From the NCBI RefSeq assembly GCF_003991155.1, contig NZ_CP031295.1: a stretch of 64,000 nucleotides of DNA. One strand, given 5' to 3'. The position numbers and the translations under genes are program-made. The notes below the pieces were generated by a model. It saw nothing but the letters and a program-made list of their open reading frames with translations. It ran no database searches and was not told the origin of the DNA. Source of the stretch: Escherichia coli. GTDB lineage: Bacteria; Pseudomonadota; Gammaproteobacteria; Enterobacterales; Enterobacteriaceae. Numbering within the stretch: position 1 is the stretch's first letter; every line of letters starts with the position of its first letter. This document shows positions 10,083 through 19,891 of this stretch, one piece after another.

Positions 10083-10345
10083 TGGAGCACCTCAAAAACA
10101 CCATCATACACTAAATCAGTAAGTTGGCAGCATCACCGATCCCTTCATTTAGTGACTGCCCCTGGGTTTTTCATGCTCTCCTGCGTCCTAGAGAACTTGC
10201 CAATAACCTACATTATTTTTGCTTTGCCATTACCAATCGTCCTGAACAAGTTCATTTTAAAGCCAAAGCGCTGCCCAACTTTTATCCTCAATACCACATC
10301 GTCAGCAGGAAATAACCTAATCCCTGTGTTGGGATCTTATAATCG

Positions 10346-10364
10346 CTAATGATAATTATTTACA
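10346..10364. promoter_or_regulatory. Fur box in sitA promoter
   Basis: CTAATGATAATTATTTACA resembles Fur consensus; ~75 bp upstream of sitA. Confidence 0.5.
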
Positions 10365-10383
10365 TTTTATAGCTTCTGCTATA

Positions 10384-10405
10384 AAACATAGTAGTTGCTA
10401 TGTTT
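10384..10405. promoter_or_regulatory. MntR operator (palindrome AAACATAG-N6-CTATGTTT) in sitA promoter
   Basis: AAACATAGTAGTTGCTATGTTT is a perfect 8-bp-arm palindrome of the MntR-box type, 33 bp upstream of sitA ATG. Confidence 0.6.
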
Positions 10406-10437
10406 ATTCTAATTTTGCTCACTATAGGTACTAAATC

Positions 10438-11352
10438 ATGCTCTCAATAAAAAAAGTAACCATGCTCTTGGGGTGCCTAGTCCTCACCTGCTCGATAGCA
10501 TTTCAGGCGAGTGCAGCTGAAAAATTCAAGGTCATTACAACTTTTACCATCATCGCAGATATGGCCAAAAACGTGGCTGGAGATGCTGCAGAAGTCTCAT
10601 CCATAACCAAGCCTGGTGCAGAAATTCATGAGTATCAGCCTACCCCTGGCGATATTAAACGTGCGCAGGGGGCACAACTGATTCTCGCCAATGGTATGAA
10701 TCTGGAATTGTGGTTCCAACGCTTTTACCAGCATCTCAATGGGGTTCCAGAAGTAATTGTCTCTTCGGGTGTGACGCCAGTAGGGATCACCGAAGGGCCC
10801 TATGAGGGCAAACCTAACCCCCATGCCTGGATGTCGCCAGATAATGCTCTGATTTACGTCGATAATATTCGTGATGCGTTTATAAAATACGATCCGGCAA
10901 ATGCACAAACCTACCAACGTAATGCCGATACTTATAAAGCCAAGATTACCCAAACCCTTGCCCCCCTGCGTAAGCAGATTGCGGAACTCCCTGAGAATCA
11001 GCGATGGATGGTCACCAGTGAAGGGGCTTTTTCTTATCTCGCACGCGATTTGGGGCTAAAAGAGCTTTATCTGTGGCCGATTAATGCCGATCAACAAGGA
11101 ACACCGCAGCAGGTACGTAAGGTTGTTGATATAGTTAAGAAAAATCATATCCCGGCAGTCTTTAGCGAGAGTACGATTTCCGATAAACCAGCGCGTCAGG
11201 TTGCGCGTGAAACCGGCGCGCACTACGGTGGTGTGCTCTATGTCGATTCCCTGAGCACAGAAAACGGCCCGGTACCTACGTATATCGACCTTCTGAAGGT
11301 TACTACCAGTACGCTGGTACAGGGAATTAAAGCCGGAAAAAGGGAGAAATAA
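10438..11352 (+). CDS. sitA: Mn/Fe ABC transporter periplasmic binding protein
   Basis: 304-aa ORF with signal peptide, TroA/SitA-like; first gene of four-gene ABC operon. Confidence 0.9.
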   Translation: MLSIKKVTMLLGCLVLTCSIAFQASAAEKFKVITTFTIIADMAKNVAGDAAEVSSITKPGAEIHEYQPTPGDIKRAQGAQLILANGMNLELWFQRFYQHLNGVPEVIVSSGVTPVGITEGPYEGKPNPHAWMSPDNALIYVDNIRDAFIKYDPANAQTYQRNADTYKAKITQTLAPLRKQIAELPENQRWMVTSEGAFSYLARDLGLKELYLWPINADQQGTPQQVRKVVDIVKKNHIPAVFSESTISDKPARQVARETGAHYGGVLYVDSLSTENGPVPTYIDLLKVTTSTLVQGIKAGKREK

Positions 11353-12179
11353 TGATGCAATCTGCAGGCATTGTCGTTAATGATGTTACTGTCACCTGGC
11401 GTAACGGGCACACAGCACTGCGCGATGCATCCTTCACAGTACCAGGCGGATCTATTGCCGCTCTGGTTGGGGTAAACGGTTCCGGAAAATCGACGTTGTT
11501 TAAAGCGATTATGGGATTTGTGCGTCTGACCAGCGGGAAGATATCTGTTCTGGGTATTCCCACACGACAGGCGCTACAGAAAAACCTGGTTGCCTACGTC
11601 CCTCAGTCAGAAGAGGTTGACTGGTCATTTCCTGTACTGGTGGAAGATGTGGTGATGATGGGCCGCTATGGGCATATGGGTATGTTGCGTATCGCCAAAA
11701 AGAGGGATCGTCAGATTGTCACCGATGCGCTGGAACGTGTCGATATGGTGGATTTTCGCCATCGACAAATCGGCGAGCTTTCCGGTGGACAAAAGAAACG
11801 CGTCTTTCTGGCGAGAGCGATTGCACAGCAGGGTGATGTGATCCTGCTGGATGAACCTTTTACCGGCGTTGATGTGAAAACCGAAGCGAAAATCATCAGC
11901 CTGTTGAGGGAGTTACGCGCGGAAGGCAAAACGATGCTTGTCTCAACGCACAATCTCGGATCCGTCACGACATTTTGCGATTATACGGTCATGGTCAAAG
12001 GCACCGTCCTGGCAAGCGGGCCGACAGACACCACTTTTACAGCCGAGAACCTGGAGCTGGCTTTTAGCGGCGTACTGCGCCATGTCACACTTAACGGCTC
12101 GGAAGAAAGCATTATTACTGACGATGAACGCCCTTTTGTGGCACATCGACCGTCAGCGGTGCAGAGGGAAGAAAGATGA
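11352..12179 (+). CDS. sitB: Mn/Fe ABC transporter ATP-binding protein
   Basis: Walker [10 protein letters not shown], signature LSGGQKKR, Walker B ILLDEP. Confidence 0.9.
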   Translation: MMQSAGIVVNDVTVTWRNGHTALRDASFTVPGGSIAALVGVNGSGKSTLFKAIMGFVRLTSGKISVLGIPTRQALQKNLVAYVPQSEEVDWSFPVLVEDVVMMGRYGHMGMLRIAKKRDRQIVTDALERVDMVDFRHRQIGELSGGQKKRVFLARAIAQQGDVILLDEPFTGVDVKTEAKIISLLRELRAEGKTMLVSTHNLGSVTTFCDYTVMVKGTVLASGPTDTTFTAENLELAFSGVLRHVTLNGSEESIITDDERPFVAHRPSAVQREER

Positions 12180-13033
12180 ACGTGCTACTGGAACCCTTCA
12201 GCTATGAATATATGCTCAATGCGATGTGGGTCTCGGCGATGGTCGGCGGTCTCTGCGCTTTCCTGTCATGCTATCTGATGCTAAAAGGCTGGTCGCTGAT
12301 TGGCGATGCGCTGTCGCACTCTATTGTCCCGGGTGTTGCGGGGGCATATATGCTGGGGCTTCCGTTTTCTCTGGGAGCCTTCTTTTCCGGCGGACTGGCA
12401 GCGGGCAGCATGCTGTTTCTTAACCAACTCACTCGCTTAAAAGAAGATGCCATCATCGGCCTGATCTTCTCGTCCTTTTTTGGCCTGGGGCTGTTTATGG
12501 TGTCATTGAACCCGACATCCGTGAACATTCAGACCATCGTCCTGGGCAATATTCTGGCAATCGATCCGGCGGATATCCTGCAACTCACTATCATTGGCAT
12601 TCTCTCGATCATCGTGCTTTTTTTCAAATGGAAAGATCTTATGGTGACCTTTTTCGACGAGAATCACGCCCGTGCTATTGGATTGCATCCGGGCAGATTA
12701 AAAATCCTCTTCTTCACCCTGCTGTCGGTTTCGACCGTTGCGGCGCTGCAAACGGTTGGTGCCTTTCTGGTGATCTGTCTGGTGGTGACTCCCGGTGCAA
12801 CAGCATGGTTGTTAACCGATCGTTTTCCCCGCCTGCTCATGATTGCTGTAACTATTGGCAGTGTGACCAGTTTCCTCGGCGCGTGGGTCAGTTACTTTCT
12901 GGACGGCGCGACAGGTGGAATCATCGTGGTGGCGCAGACACTGCTGTTTCTTTTAGCATTTGTCTTTGCGCCCACCCATGGGCTTTTGGCAAATCGTCGG
13001 CGTGCGCATAAAGCGCTGGAGGATCGCTCATGA
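12176..13033 (+). CDS. sitC: Mn/Fe ABC transporter permease
   Basis: 285-aa polytopic membrane ORF, start overlaps sitB stop. Confidence 0.9.
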   Translation: MNVLLEPFSYEYMLNAMWVSAMVGGLCAFLSCYLMLKGWSLIGDALSHSIVPGVAGAYMLGLPFSLGAFFSGGLAAGSMLFLNQLTRLKEDAIIGLIFSSFFGLGLFMVSLNPTSVNIQTIVLGNILAIDPADILQLTIIGILSIIVLFFKWKDLMVTFFDENHARAIGLHPGRLKILFFTLLSVSTVAALQTVGAFLVICLVVTPGATAWLLTDRFPRLLMIAVTIGSVTSFLGAWVSYFLDGATGGIIVVAQTLLFLLAFVFAPTHGLLANRRRAHKALEDRS

Positions 13034-13887
13034 TGGCATTATTACTGGAGCCACTGCAGTTCACCTTTATGAGTCACGCACTGCTGATTTCACTGGTAGT
13101 TTCCATACCCTGTGCGCTGCTGTCGGTCTTTCTGGTCCTGAAAAGTTGGGCACTGATGGGTGACGCGATGAGTCATGCGGTTTTTCCTGGCATCGTGCTT
13201 GCCTGGATTCTGGGGTTACCTCTGGCTACAGGGGCATTCGTCGCCGGAGTATTCTGTGCGGTGGCGACGGGATACCTGAAAGACAACAGCCGAATCAAGC
13301 AAGATACAGTGATGGGGATTGTTTTTTCTGGCATGTTTGCCGCAGGTCTGATCTTGTATATTGCAGTCAAACCAGACGTACATCTTGATCATATTCTTTT
13401 CGGCGACATGCTCGGGATAACCATCGGCGATATAATCCAGACGGTGATTATTGCCGGACTGGTTACACTTGTTATTAGCGTAAAATGGCGGGATTTTTTG
13501 CTGTTCAGCTTTGATTATCAACAGGCGCAGGCAAGCGGTTTGCATACGAGATGGCTGCATTATGGGCTGCTGTGCATGGTCTCCCTGACCATTGTGGCGA
13601 CGCTGAAAGCGGTAGGTATCATTCTCTCTATTTCTCTTCTCATTGCGCCTGGTGCCATTGCGGTACTCCTGACACAACGCTTTCATATTGCGCTCCTGCT
13701 GGCGACTGGCATATCGATATTGGTCTCAATGACTGGTGTCTGGCTGTCCTTTTTTATCGACAGCGCGCCAGCTCCGACAATTGTTGTCTTATTCGCGGTC
13801 ATGTTCATCATGACGTTTACCGTTACCAGCATCAACGCACGCACAAAGGAAAATGCCGAACCACGGGATTTGTTATCATCCGATTAG
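13030..13887 (+). CDS. sitD: Mn/Fe ABC transporter permease
   Basis: 285-aa polytopic membrane ORF paralogous to sitC, overlapping start. Confidence 0.9.
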   Translation: MMALLLEPLQFTFMSHALLISLVVSIPCALLSVFLVLKSWALMGDAMSHAVFPGIVLAWILGLPLATGAFVAGVFCAVATGYLKDNSRIKQDTVMGIVFSGMFAAGLILYIAVKPDVHLDHILFGDMLGITIGDIIQTVIIAGLVTLVISVKWRDFLLFSFDYQQAQASGLHTRWLHYGLLCMVSLTIVATLKAVGIILSISLLIAPGAIAVLLTQRFHIALLLATGISILVSMTGVWLSFFIDSAPAPTIVVLFAVMFIMTFTVTSINARTKENAEPRDLLSSD

Positions 13888-14354
13888 CAGAACACTCGGC
13901 CAGCAACATCCGCTTATTGGCGATGCGCTTGAACGAATAATGCACAGACTTATGATTCTGATAAGTTTTGTTGCCAGAGAGTTGCTGCGGACTGGATAGC
14001 AAGTGATGTCGATTCTCAGGGGTAGCAAACAGCGCAGTAAAATGAGGGAAGTAGTGGCAAAACATAGAGAAAATTGGGGGGCGAGGGCCAGTGATGTAAA
14101 AAACCACGCTAAGAGTTTAATTAATTGTTTGTATTGAAGTTTAATGATCTTAACTCACCCTTAAGAATATCTTCCGGTAACGAAGACGTATAATGCCCCA
14201 GCATATTTATATGGCTATGTATCAGCAGCGATAATCTTGCCGGATGCTACTCCTCAGGAGTTTCTCCCGATTTGCGAAGATGTGACAACGCCTCCTGCAT
14301 GTAAAGTGTGTTTCACAGCACAACCGCATTGGTCACCAGCCCCAGAGCACCTAG

Positions 14355-14789
14355 TTGATCTTCCTGCCCTTAACGGTAGCTGAAGATGACTGGGCTGGAT
14401 GGAAAATCCTGCATGGTGCATTGGGAGAGCAGATAGAATTGGTTGGCGACGATCTGTTTGTGACCAACGTAAAGTATATTCAGCGCGGCATTGACGAAAA
14501 CCTTGCCAATTCAGCATTGATTAAACTCAACCAGATTGGTTCCCTGAGTGAAACCTTTGATGCGGTACAACTTTGCCATGACAACAACTGGGGCACCTTT
14601 ATCTCACACCGCAGTGGTGAGACAGTGGACAGCTTTATCGCCGATATGACAGTTGCAATGCGCGCAGGTCATCTCAAAACGGGAGCTCCATGCCGGGGTG
14701 AGCGTATTGAAAAATATAACCAGCTTATGAGAATTGAGGATGAACTGGGTTCATCGGCGCAATTTGCTGGAAAGTCTGCCTTTAAATGA
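14355..14789 (+). pseudogene. eno: Enolase, C-terminal ~144 codons only (divergent from E. coli eno)
   Basis: ...[10 protein letters not shown]...[19 protein letters not shown]...[19 protein letters not shown]...[25 protein letters not shown] aligns with the enolase C-terminal domain; an in-frame stop immediately precedes residue 1 and no N-terminal enolase sequence is seen upstream. Confidence 0.75.
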
Positions 14790-14839
14790 CATTATTGTGC
14801 CAATCCCCCAGGCTTACACGTCGGGGTTATTCTGGAGGA

Positions 14840-15058
14840 ATGATGAAAGCTCACGTTTTTGTTATTTCTATGCTTACTGGCATTGTCGTCACCTATGCCG
14901 TGTTACTTCTTGGTTGCTTGTTCATCGATAAAACGCTCCCCACTGTAGATGTTGTCATTCTGTCACTTGTCGTGGGGGCTTCTGCTCAGCAATTGTCGAG
15001 GGTATTAATGTCAATAAATAGAACCTTCCCTTATCTTGCATGTAGTCAAAGGATATAA
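14840..15058 (+). CDS. Possible small membrane protein (hypothetical)
   Basis: ORF 14786..15058; internal MMKAHVFVISMLTGIVVTYAVLLLGCLFIDK... with GGAGG upstream; two hydrophobic segments; no family recognised. Confidence 0.25.
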   Translation: MMKAHVFVISMLTGIVVTYAVLLLGCLFIDKTLPTVDVVILSLVVGASAQQLSRVLMSINRTFPYLACSQRI

Positions 15059-15129
15059 ATTAACAATATCAGTCAAATGAGAACATATTCTGATATTGTT
15101 ACGATAAAAAATTATTTTATGAGGGGTAC

Positions 15130-15510
15130 ATGATTAAATCACTTTTTGCCGTCATTATCGGCGGTTCTGTTGGATGTACTCTGCGCTGGTTACTGTCCAC
15201 ACGCTTTAACAGTCTTTTTCCAAATCTACCTCCAGGTACACTGGTGGTGAACCTCCTTGCCGGGTTAATTATTGGTACTGCGTTGGCGTACTTTTTACGA
15301 CAACCACACCTTGATCCTTTTTGGAAATTAATGATAACAACGGGACTTTGTGGAGGTCTGAGTACTTTCTCTACATTTTCTGTTGAAGTATTCGCATTAC
15401 TCCAGGCGGGAAATTATATATGGGCTTTGACGTCTGTACTTGTTCACGTCATTGGCTCCCTCATCATGACAGCTTTAGGCTTTTTTATCATAACCATACT
15501 TTTCGCATGA
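15130..15510 (+). CDS. crcB: Fluoride ion channel CrcB (Fluc)
   Basis: 126-aa ORF MIKSLFAVIIGGSVGCTLRWLLS...GLCGGLSTFSTFSVEV... four TM helices and the conserved GGxxTFSTF motif. Confidence 0.85.
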   Translation: MIKSLFAVIIGGSVGCTLRWLLSTRFNSLFPNLPPGTLVVNLLAGLIIGTALAYFLRQPHLDPFWKLMITTGLCGGLSTFSTFSVEVFALLQAGNYIWALTSVLVHVIGSLIMTALGFFIITILFA

Positions 15511-15575
15511 GAATTCATTAACGTTACAGGTTTATCAACTAATGTGACGCTTAGGATAGAATTTCGCTCCATGGT

Positions 15576-15629
15576 ATGCGTTTGCAGTCATTACAGTCTC
15601 CATGACGACTGTAATGACTGCAAACGCAT
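15576..15629. repeat. Perfect 23-bp inverted repeat (54-bp palindrome) downstream of crcB
   Basis: ATGCGTTTGCAGTCATTACAGTC tccatgac GACTGTAATGACTGCAAACGCAT; no T-tract follows, so not a canonical intrinsic terminator. Confidence 0.6.
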
Positions 15630-15889
15630 TACCTGACATATCAGTATAAACAATGAATTAACCTCTTGGCGTATTTTTTACATCACTGGCCCTCACCCCC
15701 CAAAATTCTCTCTGAAAAATTGTTGCGGTTAACGTTGCCAATGTATCCACCCATTTCAGAAGACGATCTGGCATCCTGGTGGCATGCTGCGATGTGCTTC
15801 AGGTGAGTGCACTGGGCGGTCAGCACAGGCGGTTTCGACAGCGAAATTGCACAGGACGTTATGCCGGCTGTGAGTACAACATCATAGCC

Positions 15890-17083
15890 TTACTTGATTG
15901 TACGGTAATGCCAAATACATGCAGACACTATGGTAAATAATACAGCGGCAAATAATGCCGTCACAATCAGCGCGATTGAGACACCTGTTTTCGACGCCAG
16001 TGGCACCAACAATGCGCACAGCCCATAGCCAAGTGTGTGACTGGCCGCAAGCCAGCCCGCGCCTGCGCCGTCGGCCAGCTTATCATTCAGTAAAAGTTGA
16101 TAAGCGGGTGTTGCCAGAGCGGCCCCAAATGACAGCACTGCACAGCCCAGGTAAAACAACCATAGCTGTTCAGTGAGCATGATAGCCAGACCACTACTCA
16201 TCAACACCCCGGCACTCAGGAGCAGAGCCACTGGAGTCAGGCGCTGTGGACGGAGTACCACGAACTGCGCGATAAGCGCAGCTATTGCGGACAGCCCCAA
16301 CAACCACGCCACCTGTTGGCTAATAGTGGTGGTATCAGTATCGAACTGGCGAGTAAGGGCTGGCGAAAGTCCAAGCTGCATCATGCTCATTGCCGCAGCC
16401 AGTAACATTGCGCAAAGCAGATAAGGCAGGCAATCCCGCTTCAGGCTGACGCTCTTGCGCTCCGGTGTGGGCTGTGGTGGTGTGCCGGGCAACCGCAGAA
16501 GCATCACCACAGCCCACACCGGAGCTGCCATCAGCATCCACACTGGCGCCAGAGGGTGAATGACCAACATTGCCGCCGCGCACAGCGGCCCGAATAGCCT
16601 GCCGCAGCTCAGGCCGGAGCTGATGGTTGCCAGAGCGGCCATGCGATTCCCTTCTCCCGCTCTCTGCAATGCCCAGACCTGACAGGCTGGCACCATTGCT
16701 GACACGGTCAGACCGTAGACGATCCGGGCGATGATTAATATTCCCAACCCCACCGCTGTTGTTACGGCACCGGTAGCCATCAGCACGCTTCCCAGCCCAA
16801 GCAGGGTAAAGCTTACGCCATATCCTCCCAGAGCCCACAGCACCACAGTCTTACTGCCAGTAAGGGAAATTTGCTTTCCCCACCATGGGGAAGATGGCAG
16901 AAACAGCATTGAGCCCAGCATCAGCAGGGCAGCCCATACAGACAGACTCAGATTTGTCTGTATGACCAGAACAGGGAGTACAACCAGCAGACCGTTCTGT
17001 CCGATACCGAGAAGACCGGCACTGAACGCCAGTGGCCAGCAGGACAGGGTTTTTTGGGGCGTATCTTCGATCTTAGATGACAT
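15890..17083 (-). CDS. shiF: MFS transporter of the aerobactin locus (ShiF-like)
   Basis: 397-aa polytopic membrane ORF divergent from iucA, position and sequence as remembered for shiF. Confidence 0.75.
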   Translation of the reverse strand: MSSKIEDTPQKTLSCWPLAFSAGLLGIGQNGLLVVLPVLVIQTNLSLSVWAALLMLGSMLFLPSSPWWGKQISLTGSKTVVLWALGGYGVSFTLLGLGSVLMATGAVTTAVGLGILIIARIVYGLTVSAMVPACQVWALQRAGEGNRMAALATISSGLSCGRLFGPLCAAAMLVIHPLAPVWMLMAAPVWAVVMLLRLPGTPPQPTPERKSVSLKRDCLPYLLCAMLLAAAMSMMQLGLSPALTRQFDTDTTTISQQVAWLLGLSAIAALIAQFVVLRPQRLTPVALLLSAGVLMSSGLAIMLTEQLWLFYLGCAVLSFGAALATPAYQLLLNDKLADGAGAGWLAASHTLGYGLCALLVPLASKTGVSIALIVTALFAAVLFTIVSACIWHYRTIK

Positions 17084-17157
17084 TGTAATGTTTCAACACC
17101 ATGTATTAATTGTGTTTATTTGTAAAATTAATTTTTCTGACAATAACATTTCTCATT

Positions 17158-17176
17158 GATAATGAGAATCATTATT
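17158..17176. promoter_or_regulatory. Aerobactin promoter Fur box
   Basis: GATAATGAGAATCATTATT, the classic iucA primary Fur site, followed by a second overlapping ATTATTGACATAATTGTTATTATT. Confidence 0.85.
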
Positions 17177-17218
17177 GACATAATTGTTATTATTTTACTG
17201 TGTAGGAGCTGTTTGATT

Positions 17219-18943
17219 ATGATCCTGCCCTCTGAAAAATCCGCCACAGATGTGGCTGCGCAGTGCTTCCTGAATGCCTTGATTCGTGAAACCAAAGACT
17301 GGCAACTGGCGGAATACCCGCCAGACGAATTGATTATCCCGCTGGACGAACAGAAGTCGCTCCATTTCAGAGTGGCTTATTTCTCCCCAACCCAGCATCA
17401 CCGCTTTGCATTTCCTGCTCATCTGGTCACGGCATCAGGCAGTTATCCTGTCGACTTTACCACTCTCTCCCGGCTTATTATTGATAAGCTCCGGCATCAA
17501 CTTTTTCTGCCAGTTCCCCTCTGCGAAACTTTCCACCAACGCGTGCTGGAAAGCTACGCCCATACGCAACAGACAATTGATGCCCGCCATGACTGGGCCA
17601 TCCTGCGTGAAAAAGCGTTGAATTTTGGCGAGGCTGAGCAGGCACTGCTGACAGGACACGCTTTCCACCCTGCACCTAAGTCTCATGAACCGTTTAACCG
17701 CCAGGAAGCTGAACGATACCTGCCTGACATGGCACCTCACTTCCCGCTGCGGTGGTTTTCGGTGGATAAAACGCAAATCGCTGGTGAAAGTCTGCATCTT
17801 AACCTTCAACAGCGGTTGACGCGATTTGCCGCAGAAAATGCGCCCCAGTTACTCAACGAATTAAGTGACAATCAATGGCTGTTCCCGCTGCACCCGTGGC
17901 AGGGAGAATATCTTTTGCAGCAAGTGTGGTGCCAGGCACTTTTTGCTAAAGGACTTATCAGAGACTTAGGCGAGGCCGGCACGTCGTGGCTGCCGACCAC
18001 CTCTTCCCGCTCCCTCTACTGTGCTACCAGCCGCGATATGATCAAGTTCTCCCTGAGCGTTCGGCTGACCAACTCCGTCCGTACTCTGTCTGTGAAAGAG
18101 GTGGAGCGAGGAATGCGCCTGGCACGTCTGGCGCAAACCGACGGCTGGCAGATGCTACAGGCCCGCTTCCCTACTTTCCGGGTAATGCAGGAGGACGGCT
18201 GGGCCGGGCTGCGCGATCTTAACGGCAACATCATGCAGGAAAGTTTGTTTTCCCTGCGTGAAAACCTGCTGCTGGAGCAGCCGCAAAGCCAGACCAACGT
18301 TCTGGTTTCCCTGACTCAGGCCGCACCGGATGGCGGTGATTCGCTGCTGGTTTCGGCGGTAAAACGCCTGAGCGATCGCCTCGGTATCACTGTGCAACAG
18401 GCCGCCCACGCATGGGTCGATGCTTACTGTCAGCAGGTGCTGAAGCCTCTGTTTACGGCTGAAGCGGATTACGGCCTGGTGCTGCTGGCGCATCAGCAAA
18501 ATATTCTTGTGCAGATGCTTGGGGATCTGCCGGTCGGATTTATTTACCGTGACTGCCAGGGCAGCGCGTTTATGCCTCACGCGACAGAGTGGCTCGATAC
18601 CATTGACGAGGCGCAGGCGGAAAATATTTTCACCCGTGAGCAGTTGCTGCGCTATTTCCCTTATTACCTGCTGGTTAACTCCACTTTTGCCGTAACTGCT
18701 GCGCTGGGTGCTGCCGGGCTGGACAGCGAAGCGAATCTGATGGCTCGTGTACGAACATTGCTGGCTGAAGTGCGTGACCAGGTGACTCATAAAACCTGTC
18801 TCAACTATGTTCTGGAAAGTCCGTACTGGAACGTAAAAGGTAACTTTTTCTGTTATCTGAACGATCATAACGAGAACACCATCGTTGACCCTTCGGTGAT
18901 CTATTTTGATTTCGCTAACCCGCTGCAGGCTCAGGAGGTCTGA
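17219..18943 (+). CDS. iucA: Aerobactin synthetase IucA
   Basis: ORF 17156..18943; start placed at ATG 17219 (MILPSEKSATDVAAQ...) downstream of the Fur box with AGGAG RBS; IucA/IucC family. Confidence 0.9.
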   Translation: MILPSEKSATDVAAQCFLNALIRETKDWQLAEYPPDELIIPLDEQKSLHFRVAYFSPTQHHRFAFPAHLVTASGSYPVDFTTLSRLIIDKLRHQLFLPVPLCETFHQRVLESYAHTQQTIDARHDWAILREKALNFGEAEQALLTGHAFHPAPKSHEPFNRQEAERYLPDMAPHFPLRWFSVDKTQIAGESLHLNLQQRLTRFAAENAPQLLNELSDNQWLFPLHPWQGEYLLQQVWCQALFAKGLIRDLGEAGTSWLPTTSSRSLYCATSRDMIKFSLSVRLTNSVRTLSVKEVERGMRLARLAQTDGWQMLQARFPTFRVMQEDGWAGLRDLNGNIMQESLFSLRENLLLEQPQSQTNVLVSLTQAAPDGGDSLLVSAVKRLSDRLGITVQQAAHAWVDAYCQQVLKPLFTAEADYGLVLLAHQQNILVQMLGDLPVGFIYRDCQGSAFMPHATEWLDTIDEAQAENIFTREQLLRYFPYYLLVNSTFAVTAALGAAGLDSEANLMARVRTLLAEVRDQVTHKTCLNYVLESPYWNVKGNFFCYLNDHNENTIVDPSVIYFDFANPLQAQEV

Positions 18944-19891
18944 ATGTCTGGGGCAAACATTGTTCACAGCGGATATGGACTGCGCTGTGAAAAACTCGAC
19001 AAGCCTCTGAATCTTGGCTGGGGGCTGGACAATAGCGCGGTGTTGCACTGGCCCGGGGAGCTGCCAACAGGGTGGCTGTGCGACGCGCTGGATCAGATAT
19101 TTATCGCCGCACCACAACTTTCAGCAGTGGTTCTTCCCTGGTCCGAATGGTGTGAGGAGCCACAGGCGCTGACGCTTTTCGGACAGGTACAAAGCGACAT
19201 TATCCATCGTTCCGCTTTCTGGCAGTTACCGTTATGGCTGAGTTCTCCGGCAAACCGGGCCTCCGGTAAAATGGTTTTTGATGCAGAGCGTGAGATTTAT
19301 TTCCCGCAGCGCCCCCCCCGTCCGCAGGGTGAAGTTTATCGTCGTTACGATCCACGCATTCGCAGGATGCTGAGTTTCCGCATTGCCGATCCCGTTTCTG
19401 ATGCAGAACGTTTCACTCGCTGGATGAACGATCCGCGCGTTGAGTATTTCTGGGAGCAAAGTGGCTCACTGGAGGTACAGATCGCCTATCTGGAACGCCA
19501 GCTCACCAGTAAACATGCATTCCCGCTGATTGGTTGTTTCGACGATCGGCCGTTCAGTTATTTCGAAATCTACTGGGCGGCGGAAGACCGCATTGGTCGC
19601 CACTATTCGTGGCAGCCCTTTGACCGTGGCCTGCATCTGCTGGTTGGTGAACAGCAATGGCGCGGAGCCCACTATGTGCAAAGCTGGCTGCGCGGGGTGA
19701 CACATTACCTGCTGCTGAATGAGCCACGTACGCAGCGCACAGTACTGGAGCCACGCACCGATAACCAGCGCCTGTTCCGCCATCTTGAGCCTGCGGGATA
19801 CCGGACAATTAAAGAGTTCGACTTCCCACATAAACGCTCGCGCATGGTGATGGCGGATCGTCATCACTTCTTCACGGAGGTCGGTCTGTAA
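18944..19891 (+). CDS. iucB: N6-hydroxylysine O-acetyltransferase IucB
   Basis: 315-aa ORF directly following iucA. Confidence 0.9.
   Translation: MSGANIVHSGYGLRCEKLDKPLNLGWGLDNSAVLHWPGELPTGWLCDALDQIFIAAPQLSAVVLPWSEWCEEPQALTLFGQVQSDIIHRSAFWQLPLWLSSPANRASGKMVFDAEREIYFPQRPPRPQGEVYRRYDPRIRRMLSFRIADPVSDAERFTRWMNDPRVEYFWEQSGSLEVQIAYLERQLTSKHAFPLIGCFDDRPFSYFEIYWAAEDRIGRHYSWQPFDRGLHLLVGEQQWRGAHYVQSWLRGVTHYLLLNEPRTQRTVLEPRTDNQRLFRHLEPAGYRTIKEFDFPHKRSRMVMADRHHFFTEVGL

Larger units (their letters stand above)
9370..10137 (-). mobile_element. IS1 (768 bp), copy 2
   Basis: Same termini as copy 1, same orientation; InsA differs at a few residues (…[19 protein letters not shown]…); no flanking direct repeat. 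Confidence 0.95.

Noticed and set aside
15059..15129. Fluoride riboswitch upstream of crcB
   Set aside because: The 70-bp upstream region is AT-rich with no conserved stems or pseudoknot-like features that I can recognise; not callable by eye.
18155..19117. 320-aa minus-strand ORF inside iucA/iucB
   Set aside because: Shadow ORF on the opposite strand of a strongly supported GC-rich gene. The same applies to 16335..16838, 19466..19867, 23319..23870, 40668..41186, 45461..46132, 47383..48102 and 59772..60407.
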